Below are positions 37,373-47,622 of a stretch of DNA of 64,000 nt, in pieces. The position numbers and the translations under genes are program-made. Source of the DNA: a virus; the IMG/VR virus record IMGVR_UViG_3300032214_000566, positions 1 through 64,000 of that record; one strand, written 5' to 3'. Within the stretch, counting starts at the first letter, position 1. Each line of letters starts with the position of its first letter. The notes under the pieces were generated by a model. That model ran no database searches and was not told the origin of the DNA. It saw only the letters and a program-made list of their open reading frames with translations.

Positions 37373-38123
37373 TTTCAATGTCCTCGAATGATTTAATTTC
37401 AAACTTTAAAAAAGGTTTAGGGTTATCTAAATCAACATATGAATAATCTTTGGTTTCAACCTCATAAACCCCATATCCGTGTCTACCAATACTTTCACCA
37501 ATGTTGTTTTGAATTGTAGACCCAATCATATAACCTTTACCTCCTTTGATTTGAAACTCGGCTCGTTTGTGGATGTCTCCACATAATACAGTCTCTAATC
37601 CGTCAAACTTTTCAATCTCATAAGCCTCGTCCCCAAACTCAAATCCAAGGTCGGTCTTTAAACCCGATATCGGTCCGTGAAATAAACCAATACGTCTACC
37701 CTTCGCTTCCGTGATATCTGGCGGTATATTCCCCTGATATTGTGAATACACACACCAACTCACGTTATCATCCTCATATACCCCTCTATCTCTATAATAA
37801 ACAATATTTGGATTATTTAATGAGTTAATAATCGGTGTTAACGCATCCAATCTTTCAGTATTGTTTACTAAAAAGTCGTGATTACCAGGAATGATGATTG
37901 TTTTAGCGATAGATGAACATTCGGTTAAAATCCAAGCAACAAACTCAATTAACTCAGGTGTCATTTGATTTTTAGAATGGACTAAATCACCGGTGAAGAT
38001 AATTCTATCAGGACCTAATTCTTTCCATTGTTCTATTCCCTGTTCTAATATTGAACGGTATAAATCATGGTCTTTATATAATCTGACATGTAAATCAGAA
38101 AAATGTACTAGTTTCTTAATCAT
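37344..38123 (-). CDS. sbcD: SbcD/Mre11/gp47-like metallophosphoesterase nuclease
   Basis: SDLH, GDLVH, GNHD, FHG, GDIH motifs. Confidence 0.9.
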   Translation of the reverse strand: MIKKLVHFSDLHVRLYKDHDLYRSILEQGIEQWKELGPDRIIFTGDLVHSKNQMTPELIEFVAWILTECSSIAKTIIIPGNHDFLVNNTERLDALTPIINSLNNPNIVYYRDRGVYEDDNVSWCVYSQYQGNIPPDITEAKGRRIGLFHGPISGLKTDLGFEFGDEAYEIEKFDGLETVLCGDIHKRAEFQIKGGKGYMIGSTIQNNIGESIGRHGYGVYEVETKDYSYVDLDNPKPFLKFEIKSFEDIENGTERLKNL

Positions 38124-38367
38124 TTAAATTTTCTTTTGTTCCACAGTATACTTCATATGGAGGTTTGTAAGGGTTAATTTCATTTGGAAAAGGGTTTATT
38201 GGAAGTGTTGGTACCCAATCGGTTCGTTTTAACGTCCCAATTTCAGGTTCATCCTTAACCTCTTTCATTTTCTCTAAAATTAGGTCAACTTCTTCCCGTC
38301 TATATTGTGTCCAATGTCTATTAGTTACAAATCCATCTAACCAATAATAAAATTCTTTATACGTCAT
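38116..38367 (-). CDS. Hypothetical protein
   Basis: ORF track. Confidence 0.65.
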   Translation of the reverse strand: MTYKEFYYWLDGFVTNRHWTQYRREEVDLILEKMKEVKDEPEIGTLKRTDWVPTLPINPFPNEINPYKPPYEVYCGTKENLND

Positions 38368-38510
38368 ACTAATTCTCTACTATATAAGTTAGCCAATATA
38401 ATTCTCGCAAGTTTAAATTCTTTAGCCCTATTCAATCTTAAACCAAATGCTAATGAAATATTTTTAAGATGTGGATATGCCTCAGTTAATGTCATTTTAC
38501 CTATTTCCAT
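38364..38510 (-). CDS. Small hypothetical protein (48 aa, MEIGKMTL...)
   Basis: Open frame filling the operon gap, ATGA overlap with the next gene. Confidence 0.55.
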   Translation of the reverse strand: MEIGKMTLTEAYPHLKNISLAFGLRLNRAKEFKLARIILANLYSRELV

Positions 38511-38511
38511 T

Positions 38512-38724
38512 TTAATCGAATAATACAAAATCTTCATTCATGTGACCACAACTATTACACATGTAAGTTGGGAAAGGTACGATAGTATCTTCGTGACTTC
38601 CTGTTAATAACTTAGGTACTTTCTTTAAAAGTACTACTTCTTTGAAGTATTTAGACCCACAATCACTACACGTAATAGTTTCTTGTTGTCTTAAATCGAT
38701 TTTTGGTTTGATAATATCGTCCAT
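38512..38724 (-). CDS. Zinc-ribbon protein
   Basis: CSDC...CNSCGH. Confidence 0.75.
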   Translation of the reverse strand: MDDIIKPKIDLRQQETITCSDCGSKYFKEVVLLKKVPKLLTGSHEDTIVPFPTYMCNSCGHMNEDFVLFD

Positions 38725-38840
38725 ATTATTTTATGATGTAGTTTATTGTTAATTTAATAGGTAATAAATGGTCCCAACTTGACGTTGTTGTCCATGTAGG
38801 TGTAATTGTTACTTCCATAATGTAGTATAATAGTTTTAGT

Positions 38841-39698
38841 TTATTTAGTCAAATATTGTTTAATATCCATGTTAAGAATTGTGTCAAACACTTCTTTCGG
38901 TATTCTATATTCCACGAATTCCATCTCATCGGTTAAGTGGACAATAACCCCACCAAAGAATTTAAGATCATCATATTTCGTCCCTTCCAACATTTTTAAC
39001 AATAACTTCGCATAAAACGGAAGTTGGGTGTAGTAGTGCCCAAGTGCGTTATTTGGTAACTTTTCAAAAGGTTTTTTCATCGGTTTTGTGAAACTATTGG
39101 TCTCCATGTTTTTTGGTTTGTTAGTTTTCCAATCGGTCACCACAAACCCAAACCCATTTTTTTGTTTATTAAACATTAACCAAAATTTATCGGGTTGTCC
39201 GGTATACCCGAGTTCGGGATGACCTAATACCATCTCAGTATCTAATAAAACAGCACCTCTTTCTTCCATCAATGATAAGAAATTTTTACCCGCCTTAATC
39301 ATTCTATCACCTTTCATTGTCATTTCAAGGTCACATTCATAAACAGGTTGTCTTACCTCTTTTTTTACATCAAATCTTTTTAAAGTTTCGGTTTCAAGTT
39401 CAAAATGGACTCTACTCCCCATGTTTGTTGAAGTTGTACCTGCCCTCGCCCATTCTTCCATCAGTTGTTGAGCCTCGTATGGGTCACCTTTCGCCTTCCT
39501 ATATGCAGCCTCTTCGGTTGGGAACTCGTCGTAAAATAATTTCATCACTTTTGATACTGAAGGAAAGTCAGACCTAACAGTCCCATCCAAATCCTTCATT
39601 GTATATTTGTGAGCTTCCTCCTCGAAAGTTAATTCTAACTCTTTTTGTTTTTCAGATATTATTCCCCTTATCTCTTCCGCAATCTTTTTTAAATTCAT
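38841..39698 (-). CDS. PD-(D/E)xK exonuclease (phage exonuclease/Cas4-like)
   Basis: PSVSKV, GSRVH, GQPDKF, TDWKTN, HYYTQLPFY. Confidence 0.85.
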   Translation of the reverse strand: MNLKKIAEEIRGIISEKQKELELTFEEEAHKYTMKDLDGTVRSDFPSVSKVMKLFYDEFPTEEAAYRKAKGDPYEAQQLMEEWARAGTTSTNMGSRVHFELETETLKRFDVKKEVRQPVYECDLEMTMKGDRMIKAGKNFLSLMEERGAVLLDTEMVLGHPELGYTGQPDKFWLMFNKQKNGFGFVVTDWKTNKPKNMETNSFTKPMKKPFEKLPNNALGHYYTQLPFYAKLLLKMLEGTKYDDLKFFGGVIVHLTDEMEFVEYRIPKEVFDTILNMDIKQYLTK

Positions 39699-40615
39699 TC
39701 TTTTATCTCCTCGTAATATTTTTCTATGTCACCTTTAAGGTCACAGACATCTTTATCTTTTGGTAGTCTTACCAATCTCACTCTATTGTAGAGTGCACCA
39801 CCATTTAGTTTATCGAATAGTTTTTTTGCATCGTCGTACGCATCCCCATCTAAACAAACTATTATATTCTTTTTAGCCTTAGTGTATAACTTTTCCCATA
39901 AATTATCATTTATGTATTTCCCTAATAAACATATTGAATTTTCTAAAAAGAAACTATCAAATACACCCTCAACAAGATATATGTCTTTTTTCCAATCGAT
40001 TAAACTTTCATTAAAAATTAAGAAGTCTTTTGCTGCTTCGGGGTTTTTGTATTTTAACTTTGACCTTGGGTTCCAAGATCTAGATACGAAAAAGTTTAAT
40101 TCACCCTTTTTATTGAATGACGGTACAATTATCCTTCCGGAATACTCACCCTCAATACATAAACCTATTTGGTATTTTTCAATTATTTCGTCGGTAATAC
40201 CTCGTTTTTTAAGATAGTTATACGCCTCTTTTCTTGGTATATGAAGTGGGTGTATCTCTTCAAACTTTTTAAACTCTTTCGGTAGTTGTAAAGGTTTGTA
40301 TATTTTTTCTTTTTTTTCGTAATCGTCGGGTCTTATTAATTTATAAACTTTCTTATCCTTTTTAGAACCGTATTTATCAATTAATTTACCTAAATGTCCG
40401 TGAGTTCCGTGTGTTTCGGCACATGCCCAACACTTGTAAACGTGTTGTTGGAAGTTAATCTCTAAATTACCTTTACCATCCGTTTTACTCAATCCTTTTA
40501 TATCGTAAGAGCAGACTGGACAGTCCACAGACATTTGTCCGCTAGACTCGTTCACACTCTTCGGTTCACCGAACATAGTAATCAATAAATCAACCAATAG
40601 GGATTCTTCTTTCAT
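39695..40615 (-). CDS. DNA primase (CHC2 zinc finger plus TOPRIM)
   Basis: CPVC...CWAC, YLKKRG, RIIVP, LVEGVFD, CLDGDA. Confidence 0.92.
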   Translation of the reverse strand: MKEESLLVDLLITMFGEPKSVNESSGQMSVDCPVCSYDIKGLSKTDGKGNLEINFQQHVYKCWACAETHGTHGHLGKLIDKYGSKKDKKVYKLIRPDDYEKKEKIYKPLQLPKEFKKFEEIHPLHIPRKEAYNYLKKRGITDEIIEKYQIGLCIEGEYSGRIIVPSFNKKGELNFFVSRSWNPRSKLKYKNPEAAKDFLIFNESLIDWKKDIYLVEGVFDSFFLENSICLLGKYINDNLWEKLYTKAKKNIIVCLDGDAYDDAKKLFDKLNGGALYNRVRLVRLPKDKDVCDLKGDIEKYYEEIKE

Positions 40616-40672
40616 ATCTAAAAGATACGAATTTTAAAGGGAATGTCAATTATCGGTATATTGACCGATAAA

Positions 40673-40702
40673 TAAAAAACCCCACAGTTTAGTGTGGGGT
40701 TC
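40673..40702 (-). terminator. Intrinsic terminator
   Basis: AACCCCACA-CTAAAC-TGTGGGGTT followed by a U-run. Confidence 0.75.
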
Positions 40703-40720
40703 CATATTAAAATTTATTTT

Positions 40721-41176
40721 TTACTGTAAATATAAAGTCGCTCTACATTGAACTTGGTACCTTTCTTTTTTACCATCTGTATAAATGAATACGGGTACAT
40801 CGTAATTTATTACTCCATTTTGGTCAGGTCTAGTTGTTGTACCACCCTGTACCATTTTCGCCCTTACTTTAAGAGGAAAACTTTGTCCTGGTGCCAGAGT
40901 AATAGGTAATTTAGTGTCTACCATCATATTATCACTACTTGGTACAATTTTTTTAATTGTAAGTGGTCCTTGTCCTGAATTTTTTAAAGCTTTAAAATTA
41001 AACTCTACAGTATCTCCCCAACTTACAGTTTTTTCACCTAATTGACTTACCAATACCCCTGTTAATGGACCACCTGCTGCCGCTGGAGCACTTGCGGTTA
41101 CTTCTTCTTGTTCCGCAATAACTCTTCTAACGATACGAGTTAAGTCTGACTCTGTTAATCTAACTATTCTTTTCAT
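40721..41176 (-). CDS. DUF1573-like Ig-fold protein with MKRIVRLTESDL leader
   Basis: LKNSGQGPLTIKKIVPSS...LAPGQSFPLKV. Confidence 0.7.
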   Translation of the reverse strand: MKRIVRLTESDLTRIVRRVIAEQEEVTASAPAAAGGPLTGVLVSQLGEKTVSWGDTVEFNFKALKNSGQGPLTIKKIVPSSDNMMVDTKLPITLAPGQSFPLKVRAKMVQGGTTTRPDQNGVINYDVPVFIYTDGKKERYQVQCRATLYLQ

Positions 41177-41238
41177 ATTAATACGTTTCTTTTTTTATTT
41201 ACTAATAAATACCAACCAATATTGAAAAATAAAAAAAA

Positions 41239-41844
41239 TTACCAAATGTTTTGTTCTTTCATATGTCCCAAGACACAAGTATAAGAATCAGCCATATCAA
41301 AACATTCTTTTTTAAGGGTATTATTTTTGGTGTATAACCAATTTATTTGAGGTTCTTTATCTGAAACCCTTTTCCAAATGAGTTCTTTTTTGTCGATGTC
41401 TTTTGGTAGTCCACCAAATAGAACATATTTGTCTTTATCATTTTTTTGAATTAAGTCTGGCCAAGCAAACTTTCTTGAATTGTATGTTGAAATATATGAA
41501 GGTATAATTCCTAATATGTCATAAATTGATTTAGTAATCATTGAATTATATCTTAATAGTACTCCAACCGTCCACACATTATTAGAATTCAATAGTGGTT
41601 CTTCTATAACCACTTTAGTGATGCCTAAATTCCTATATCCCTCCAATTTCTCTTCAAAGGCAACAACCTTTAATAATAACTCTTCAATTTTATCTTCAGG
41701 TTTTGGTTTAATTACCGGTGAGAAGTGAGTTAATTCTAATAATTCTTTTGTTTGAATATCAAACAAACTCCACCCAATTGTTTTAGTTGAAATATCTAAT
41801 CCCAACACTTTCGGTGAGTTTTTAAAATCTTGCTTTTGTGACAT
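41239..41844 (-). CDS. RuvC-like Holliday junction resolvase
   Basis: VLGLDISTKTIG, VVIEEP, DMADS. Confidence 0.85.
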   Translation of the reverse strand: MSQKQDFKNSPKVLGLDISTKTIGWSLFDIQTKELLELTHFSPVIKPKPEDKIEELLLKVVAFEEKLEGYRNLGITKVVIEEPLLNSNNVWTVGVLLRYNSMITKSIYDILGIIPSYISTYNSRKFAWPDLIQKNDKDKYVLFGGLPKDIDKKELIWKRVSDKEPQINWLYTKNNTLKKECFDMADSYTCVLGHMKEQNIW

Positions 41845-41850
41845 AATTAA

Positions 41851-44061
41851 TTAAAAATCCAATTTAACAGGATACTGCTGAATACCTTGTCGTTTTTCAG
41901 GTGACTGTATCTTAGATACAACCATAAGCTCTTTTTCATCGTTGTAAAGAGCAACTTCCGACACATAAGGAGCTGACCCATCCCAAGTTGGGTTAGTAGA
42001 ACTTAAAAATTGAGTTTGTCCTAAATTACACAGATAATTCATTACATAGATAGTTGCTTGTATGTCAGTTTGTATCGCACCGTAGAAATAATATTCACCC
42101 CCAAAGTTTAGTGTCACCCCACTATTTGCCGGTGTAGGTAATGTAATATAATTATTCAAATTATATATCGAAGCATTATCATACATATCTTTAGTGATTT
42201 GTATTGTAGTACCTGTCAAACCTGTTACAGTTAATTTACCATTTAATGTTGATGCCGATAATTGTGACATAACATCAATTTCTTTCCATAGTGTTGGATT
42301 AGGTCTTGTGGTACCACTTGATACTTTTTGAACTAATACCTTCATCTCATTCGCAGTATACCCTGTAGGTATCGTTGGGTTGCCTGACACTAAGAAAGGA
42401 AACTCACTACCAAATTTTAAAAATATATTATAGGTTGGTTGCGTAGGGTCTAAAAGACTCGGTGTTAATTTAGTATAATAATTACAGTGTAGTGAATTAG
42501 TAAACGCGCTGTTATTGAATCTATACGTCACAAAAACGGACTCAGTATTTGCACTTAACAAACCTTCGTCTTCACCCATAACTCCGTCACACGCATTCGG
42601 TATGATTGTACCAACTTTAGGTGCCGGTAAGGTCCATGAACGATTAGATTTATAATTCAATGCCGCAATTATTTCGTCATCATCAAATATCACCATTTTA
42701 TAATCAGGGAAAACTTTACCAACTCTACTAGGGTACCCATTACCGTTAACGTGAGTATCCCATAAATTATAATATCTTAATCCAGGATTATTAAATTTAA
42801 CATCCTTTTTAGACTGTATATAATAAGGTTGGAATAAATCAACCTGTGTAAATCCACTTGGGTCTGTGTAAAAATCTTCACCAATAGTTGCATTAGTGTT
42901 CTTGTGCCACATCAACCAAGGAATACTTAATTTAAAGTTTCTTGCCTGTCCGGTCGCACCAGGATCAGCAGAATCATATTCTTGTTGTGCAAATTTTTCT
43001 CCATAGAAATTATCAATTGCTTGGTTAGTATAATGAATAATTGCTATAGATTTTTGGTCACTCGGACTTAATACTATATTTTGGTCCATTGAATTAGTAA
43101 AATAAACCGATCCCGTATCAACTTGACCATCATTGGATTTATACCCAAAATATTCTTTTGAACCTGTATATCCTGTTGATTTATAATAATTATAATCTAA
43201 AACTTGGTTCGAGAAGACACCCGCCGGAGACTCAGTCCAAGGAATATTCATATTCCATACTTTAACATCCGATTGGGAGACATCACAATTTGTTTCATAA
43301 TTAAATACGTTTGTTGCCCAATACAATTGTGGTGTTACCGAATCATACAATGCGGTCATACCCGAAGGGTAGAATAAAATATTGGAATAACCTGAATACC
43401 CCATAGACTGGAAGTTAGGTAATTGTCTATCGACTTGTATCGTCACTGTAGATGCGGTTGATGTGTTACCCGTGATACCAACAACGACATAAGTGAACAT
43501 AGGAGCATTACCACTTAAAGGAGTGATTGAATTTGTTGTGAACAGAGTCAATATCATTCCAGGTGTTACGGTTCCAGAAACAGAAGGGTTAATTGAATTA
43601 CTACTAATCACAAATGTAGTACCTGAGCTTAATCCACTATTCGCGACATTAAAATTAGGATTAATAGTGTATGATGACGAGGTATACGCACTAAAATTAA
43701 ATGTGTTTGCGGTTGACCCCGTAAAAAATCCTCTTGGTGCTGCAGAATTAAAGATATTATCAACAAAAGACGCATCATAAGGAATACCATAAGTAGTTCC
43801 TGAAGTTGAGTCTAAGAATAATGGGTATTTAACATGGTGTCTATTTTTTTCAGGTACCGGTGTTAAATTCTGAGCATTGTATTGTGGTGACAACACGTTT
43901 AATTGTGATGGAACCATATTGTTAACACAACCATAACAAACTTCACTATCACCTATCTGAAAATATGCGATATTGAATTTTCCTTGCGACATTTTTTTTC
44001 TTGCCGCATCCGTAAGTATTGTACTTATTAATGGTCCTGTTGTTTTATTTATGTATGACAT
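41851..44061 (-). CDS. Virion structural protein (baseplate or tail-associated)
   Basis: ILTDAARKK...YFQIGDSEV N-terminus and YVSEVALYND...VSK C-terminus, typical of tail-collar/baseplate proteins. Confidence 0.7.
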   Translation of the reverse strand: MSYINKTTGPLISTILTDAARKKMSQGKFNIAYFQIGDSEVCYGCVNNMVPSQLNVLSPQYNAQNLTPVPEKNRHHVKYPLFLDSTSGTTYGIPYDASFVDNIFNSAAPRGFFTGSTANTFNFSAYTSSSYTINPNFNVANSGLSSGTTFVISSNSINPSVSGTVTPGMILTLFTTNSITPLSGNAPMFTYVVVGITGNTSTASTVTIQVDRQLPNFQSMGYSGYSNILFYPSGMTALYDSVTPQLYWATNVFNYETNCDVSQSDVKVWNMNIPWTESPAGVFSNQVLDYNYYKSTGYTGSKEYFGYKSNDGQVDTGSVYFTNSMDQNIVLSPSDQKSIAIIHYTNQAIDNFYGEKFAQQEYDSADPGATGQARNFKLSIPWLMWHKNTNATIGEDFYTDPSGFTQVDLFQPYYIQSKKDVKFNNPGLRYYNLWDTHVNGNGYPSRVGKVFPDYKMVIFDDDEIIAALNYKSNRSWTLPAPKVGTIIPNACDGVMGEDEGLLSANTESVFVTYRFNNSAFTNSLHCNYYTKLTPSLLDPTQPTYNIFLKFGSEFPFLVSGNPTIPTGYTANEMKVLVQKVSSGTTRPNPTLWKEIDVMSQLSASTLNGKLTVTGLTGTTIQITKDMYDNASIYNLNNYITLPTPANSGVTLNFGGEYYFYGAIQTDIQATIYVMNYLCNLGQTQFLSSTNPTWDGSAPYVSEVALYNDEKELMVVSKIQSPEKRQGIQQYPVKLDF

Positions 44062-44089
44062 AATATATAAATATCATTTTATTGGTTTA

Positions 44090-45715
44090 TTATCCCGTTG
44101 ATTGAGTTGATGATGTCGGAGCTAAAATACCCGTCTTAGTTATACTAAATGTTATTGGCGTTACATTCACATTTAACGTCTCACAAATAGTCTGATTACT
44201 CAATGTTACATTAGTAATCGAAATAGTATTATTTATCGTACCTGTTGGTGCACAACTTGTGGATCCATTAGCCACGACTACAGTCGAAACAACAGTCCCT
44301 TTAACCGTACCGACACCAATAATTTTAGCACTATATGTTCTTGTTATCGCACTTGTAACATAATTAGAATAATTCAATGTTGCACTACATGCGGTTGTTG
44401 TTGACGCAGATGTTGTGGATAAAGTAGTACCACTAATATATGTACCCCCTCCTGTTGTTCCCGTAGAAGACGTATTAGTTGTTGTTGCTTGGACACTTCC
44501 ATTACCTCTCACAACGTTAGTTATATGTGTGATATCAAACGTCAAAGTTTTTCCAACAGGTAAAGATGGGGTTACCGATACCTCCCACACAAAAGATTTA
44601 CTTAATGTGGTATTACTATTGGTAATTACGGTACCATTAGCCGGAACTAAATTTAAATTAATACTATAATTACTAACATTTGTGAGTGATTGTAAATTCA
44701 CGACATTCGCAGACACATTCCCAATAATATCTTGTACATATACGGTATATAACCCTGAAGGTAAATTTGTAAAAGTGTTCGATATTTGATAAGATGCTGA
44801 GTTATTATTTAATGCGTATTCATATGGAGGTGTACCTCCAATTACGTTAGTAACCTGTATTGTACCATTTTGTGCAACATCACAACTAGGAACATTACTA
44901 GTTATTATTGCAGATATCGAATCTTGACAATCACCTAAACTTAAAGTTACAGGTTGGTTTGAACCGGCGACTGTCCACGCACCAATAGGTGGGCTAACAG
45001 CCGATTGTAGAACAGGAGTACCTTGGAAATTTGGGCCCCAGTTAGTTATATTCCACATAGTTGTTCCCGTATTGAAATATATTGTTCTACTCGGACTTGA
45101 CCCCGTCCAAGACGGATACCCATTAAAAGTCGAAGCAGAATAAAACTGATATTGCCATTGGGTGTTGTTAAAGAATGTGGTTAAACACATACCTGAAACA
45201 TTTAATAATTCAGGAACCGTAGGTATACACTCTATACATGTGTCGAATGGTCCTGTTACCGTAGTTGCAGTATAATTGTAATATGTTTGTGCCGTATATA
45301 ATAACACACCGTTACTTATCCAACATCCACTTTGTAAATTTAAAGAGTATATTGTATTGGCAGAAAATTGATTCTCCATATCCGCCAAATAATACAAGAA
45401 CGAACCTGGCGACGTACAACTTTCAAACTCCTCGAGATAGAAAGTAACGTTTCCAACTGTACACGTTGTTGTTCCGGTAAAATCACCATAATAATCAACC
45501 ACTGTTGCGGTATAATCACCAACTTGTAGATTAGTTAAATTTTGACTATTAGATCCATTACTCCAAGATATTGAATATGGTGGAGTTCCTCCTGTTATTA
45601 CTAAACTTATTCCACCGTCGTTTGTAAATGGTGTGTAAGCATCAATTACCGAACACTCAACTCCCATCGGGAATAGAGTTATAATTTCACATGTATTACC
45701 ACTGTATGCTGGCAT
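44090..45715 (-). CDS. SprB-repeat, Cys/Thr-rich tail or fibre protein
   Basis: GGTPPYSISWSNG...NLQVGDYTATVVD and GGTPPYEY...FTNLPSGLYTVYVQD. Confidence 0.75.
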   Translation of the reverse strand: MPAYSGNTCEIITLFPMGVECSVIDAYTPFTNDGGISLVITGGTPPYSISWSNGSNSQNLTNLQVGDYTATVVDYYGDFTGTTTCTVGNVTFYLEEFESCTSPGSFLYYLADMENQFSANTIYSLNLQSGCWISNGVLLYTAQTYYNYTATTVTGPFDTCIECIPTVPELLNVSGMCLTTFFNNTQWQYQFYSASTFNGYPSWTGSSPSRTIYFNTGTTMWNITNWGPNFQGTPVLQSAVSPPIGAWTVAGSNQPVTLSLGDCQDSISAIITSNVPSCDVAQNGTIQVTNVIGGTPPYEYALNNNSASYQISNTFTNLPSGLYTVYVQDIIGNVSANVVNLQSLTNVSNYSINLNLVPANGTVITNSNTTLSKSFVWEVSVTPSLPVGKTLTFDITHITNVVRGNGSVQATTTNTSSTGTTGGGTYISGTTLSTTSASTTTACSATLNYSNYVTSAITRTYSAKIIGVGTVKGTVVSTVVVANGSTSCAPTGTINNTISITNVTLSNQTICETLNVNVTPITFSITKTGILAPTSSTQSTG

Positions 45716-45727
45716 TCTTATTAATTT

Positions 45728-45946
45728 TTAGTATACTTGGCAAAAAGTGCAACCACTTGAGCCATATAATTTTATTGCGTATTGTGTGGCAACCTCATAC
45801 ACCGTTGGTAACACAAAACTGTGTGGTAATGTGTTAATCGTATCAATGTATTGACAAGACGCACTATCGTCACAACTGTCACATATCCATAGATTTAGTG
45901 GTGTTGTTGCTCCGGTTATTGATTGTATTGTTACTTGTGTACTCAT
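45728..45946 (-). CDS. Small Cys-containing virion protein (paralog of the 51834 and 55841 N-domain)
   Basis: ITGATTPLNLWICD...C...IKLYGSSGC. Confidence 0.65.
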   Translation of the reverse strand: MSTQVTIQSITGATTPLNLWICDSCDDSASCQYIDTINTLPHSFVLPTVYEVATQYAIKLYGSSGCTFCQVY

Positions 45947-45950
45947 ATTT

Positions 45951-47567
45951 TTAACAGTTGCCGTTTACTCTACATAAAAGTGTTATTTCACCACTCGTAT
46001 CAACTTTATATACATAACCACCGTACTTGATATAATCCTCAACTATTGGTTTTGTAAGTGATGAATCTTGGTAAATAAAGACACCATCAACTAAAGATGT
46101 ACTACTAACTGAAGTGTAGAATGTTAAATCAACCCCACCGTCTGTTAATTGACAAACAGGACAGGAAACACTAAAACCACCTTGACCATTCCAAACATTA
46201 TATGATGGTGTAGGTGTTGGGGTCGGTGTTAAGCAATTTAAACAAGTACCATATGTTGTTGCGGTAGTTGCGGTAAATATTGGTTGGTTAGACCATCTAT
46301 ATTCAGGAGATGGGTAATAATTCACAAAACTACCGATATATGTATAACATCCAATAGTTTGGTCTTTTATCACATCACCCACAACAATATTACGTGGTGG
46401 GTATTCATCTTGAATTATCATCAAATTAGAATCACAAGCAGTAAATACAAATTGAGTATTAGGAGAATAAAATACTGTTGGTGTTGGTGTTGGACTTGTG
46501 GTTGGTGTTGGTGTTGGACTTGAAGTAGGTGAAGGTGTTGGTGTTGGTGTAATACAAACATTACATCCTGAATACACCTGAACAACTGAATTTAAATATC
46601 CACTAGCACTTCCTGTACTCTCACTTATATATGTCACACATTTTGGTAAATTATCTATCACCGCTTGGAATGTTGTTCCTGTATTTAAAGGAGTGGTTCC
46701 ACTTATTATTGGTCCTCCAACATAGTAAAAACTTCCATCATTACAATCCTGTAAAACTTTAATTGTTGGGCAATTAAAATTACCACTTTCAATCACAAAC
46801 GTCACGGTCTCACCAGTAATTGAGTACCCATAAGCAGGTGTCGGTGTAGGGGTAGGACTTGGGGTTGGTGTTGGTGTAGTATAGGCACTAAAGGTAATCG
46901 TTGCGGTAAATACGCAAGGGGTTGGAGTTGGTGATGGGGTAGGAGTCGGAGTTGGTGTTGAAGTTGGTGTAGGGGTAGGGGTTGGAGTATCAAAATTACA
47001 ATCCAAAATAACATCGAAATCCAAACTACTACATGGATCAGGTGTCGGGGATGGTGTTATACAACTACCCGTATATTGTATGGTTTCACTTAAATCGGGA
47101 CAATATGAACTAGTTGGTTCTGAACCGAAAAAATAACAAGTTCCTGTCAATGAACTACTTAAACACCATTTAATATTATTATAGAATATGTATCCACTAG
47201 TTGTTCCTGTCCAATATGGGTATCCATTATGTTCTCCAGCAACCACATAGTTACCACTATACCCACTGTAAGCATCATTATTAATATCAACACAAATTTG
47301 ATTACTACATGACGATCCGGTAAATGACAAACAAGTACTCGTATTACAATCTGCCTGTAACGTATAAACCCCACTAAGTGAAATAAATTGTATTGGTGTA
47401 AATCCTGTGGTATAAGCGGAAACTATTTCATAACATCCGTCAGGAACAACTGAGTCACCTGAGAATGAGAATACAGACCCAACCGATGAGGTGTATGCCC
47501 AACTAGCACCTGTATAGGTATATTGGTAAGCGGGGTAATTACAACCTTCAAATAATATATTTGCCAT
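45951..47567 (-). CDS. Cys-rich virion protein with several Pro-Thr (mucin-like) linkers
   Basis: TPTPTP tracts separate small Cys-rich domains. Confidence 0.75.
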   Translation of the reverse strand: MANILFEGCNYPAYQYTYTGASWAYTSSVGSVFSFSGDSVVPDGCYEIVSAYTTGFTPIQFISLSGVYTLQADCNTSTCLSFTGSSCSNQICVDINNDAYSGYSGNYVVAGEHNGYPYWTGTTSGYIFYNNIKWCLSSSLTGTCYFFGSEPTSSYCPDLSETIQYTGSCITPSPTPDPCSSLDFDVILDCNFDTPTPTPTPTSTPTPTPTPSPTPTPCVFTATITFSAYTTPTPTPSPTPTPTPAYGYSITGETVTFVIESGNFNCPTIKVLQDCNDGSFYYVGGPIISGTTPLNTGTTFQAVIDNLPKCVTYISESTGSASGYLNSVVQVYSGCNVCITPTPTPSPTSSPTPTPTTSPTPTPTVFYSPNTQFVFTACDSNLMIIQDEYPPRNIVVGDVIKDQTIGCYTYIGSFVNYYPSPEYRWSNQPIFTATTATTYGTCLNCLTPTPTPTPSYNVWNGQGGFSVSCPVCQLTDGGVDLTFYTSVSSTSLVDGVFIYQDSSLTKPIVEDYIKYGGYVYKVDTSGEITLLCRVNGNC

Positions 47568-47622
47568 GTAGGATTAACTTTATTATATAAATAATCAATT
47601 ATTCATTTTATTAAATAATTTA

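Noticed and set aside
38841-39698. Cas4 / CRISPR adaptation gene
   Set aside because: It lacks the Fe-S cysteine cluster and any cas context; it sits beside primase as a typical phage exonuclease.
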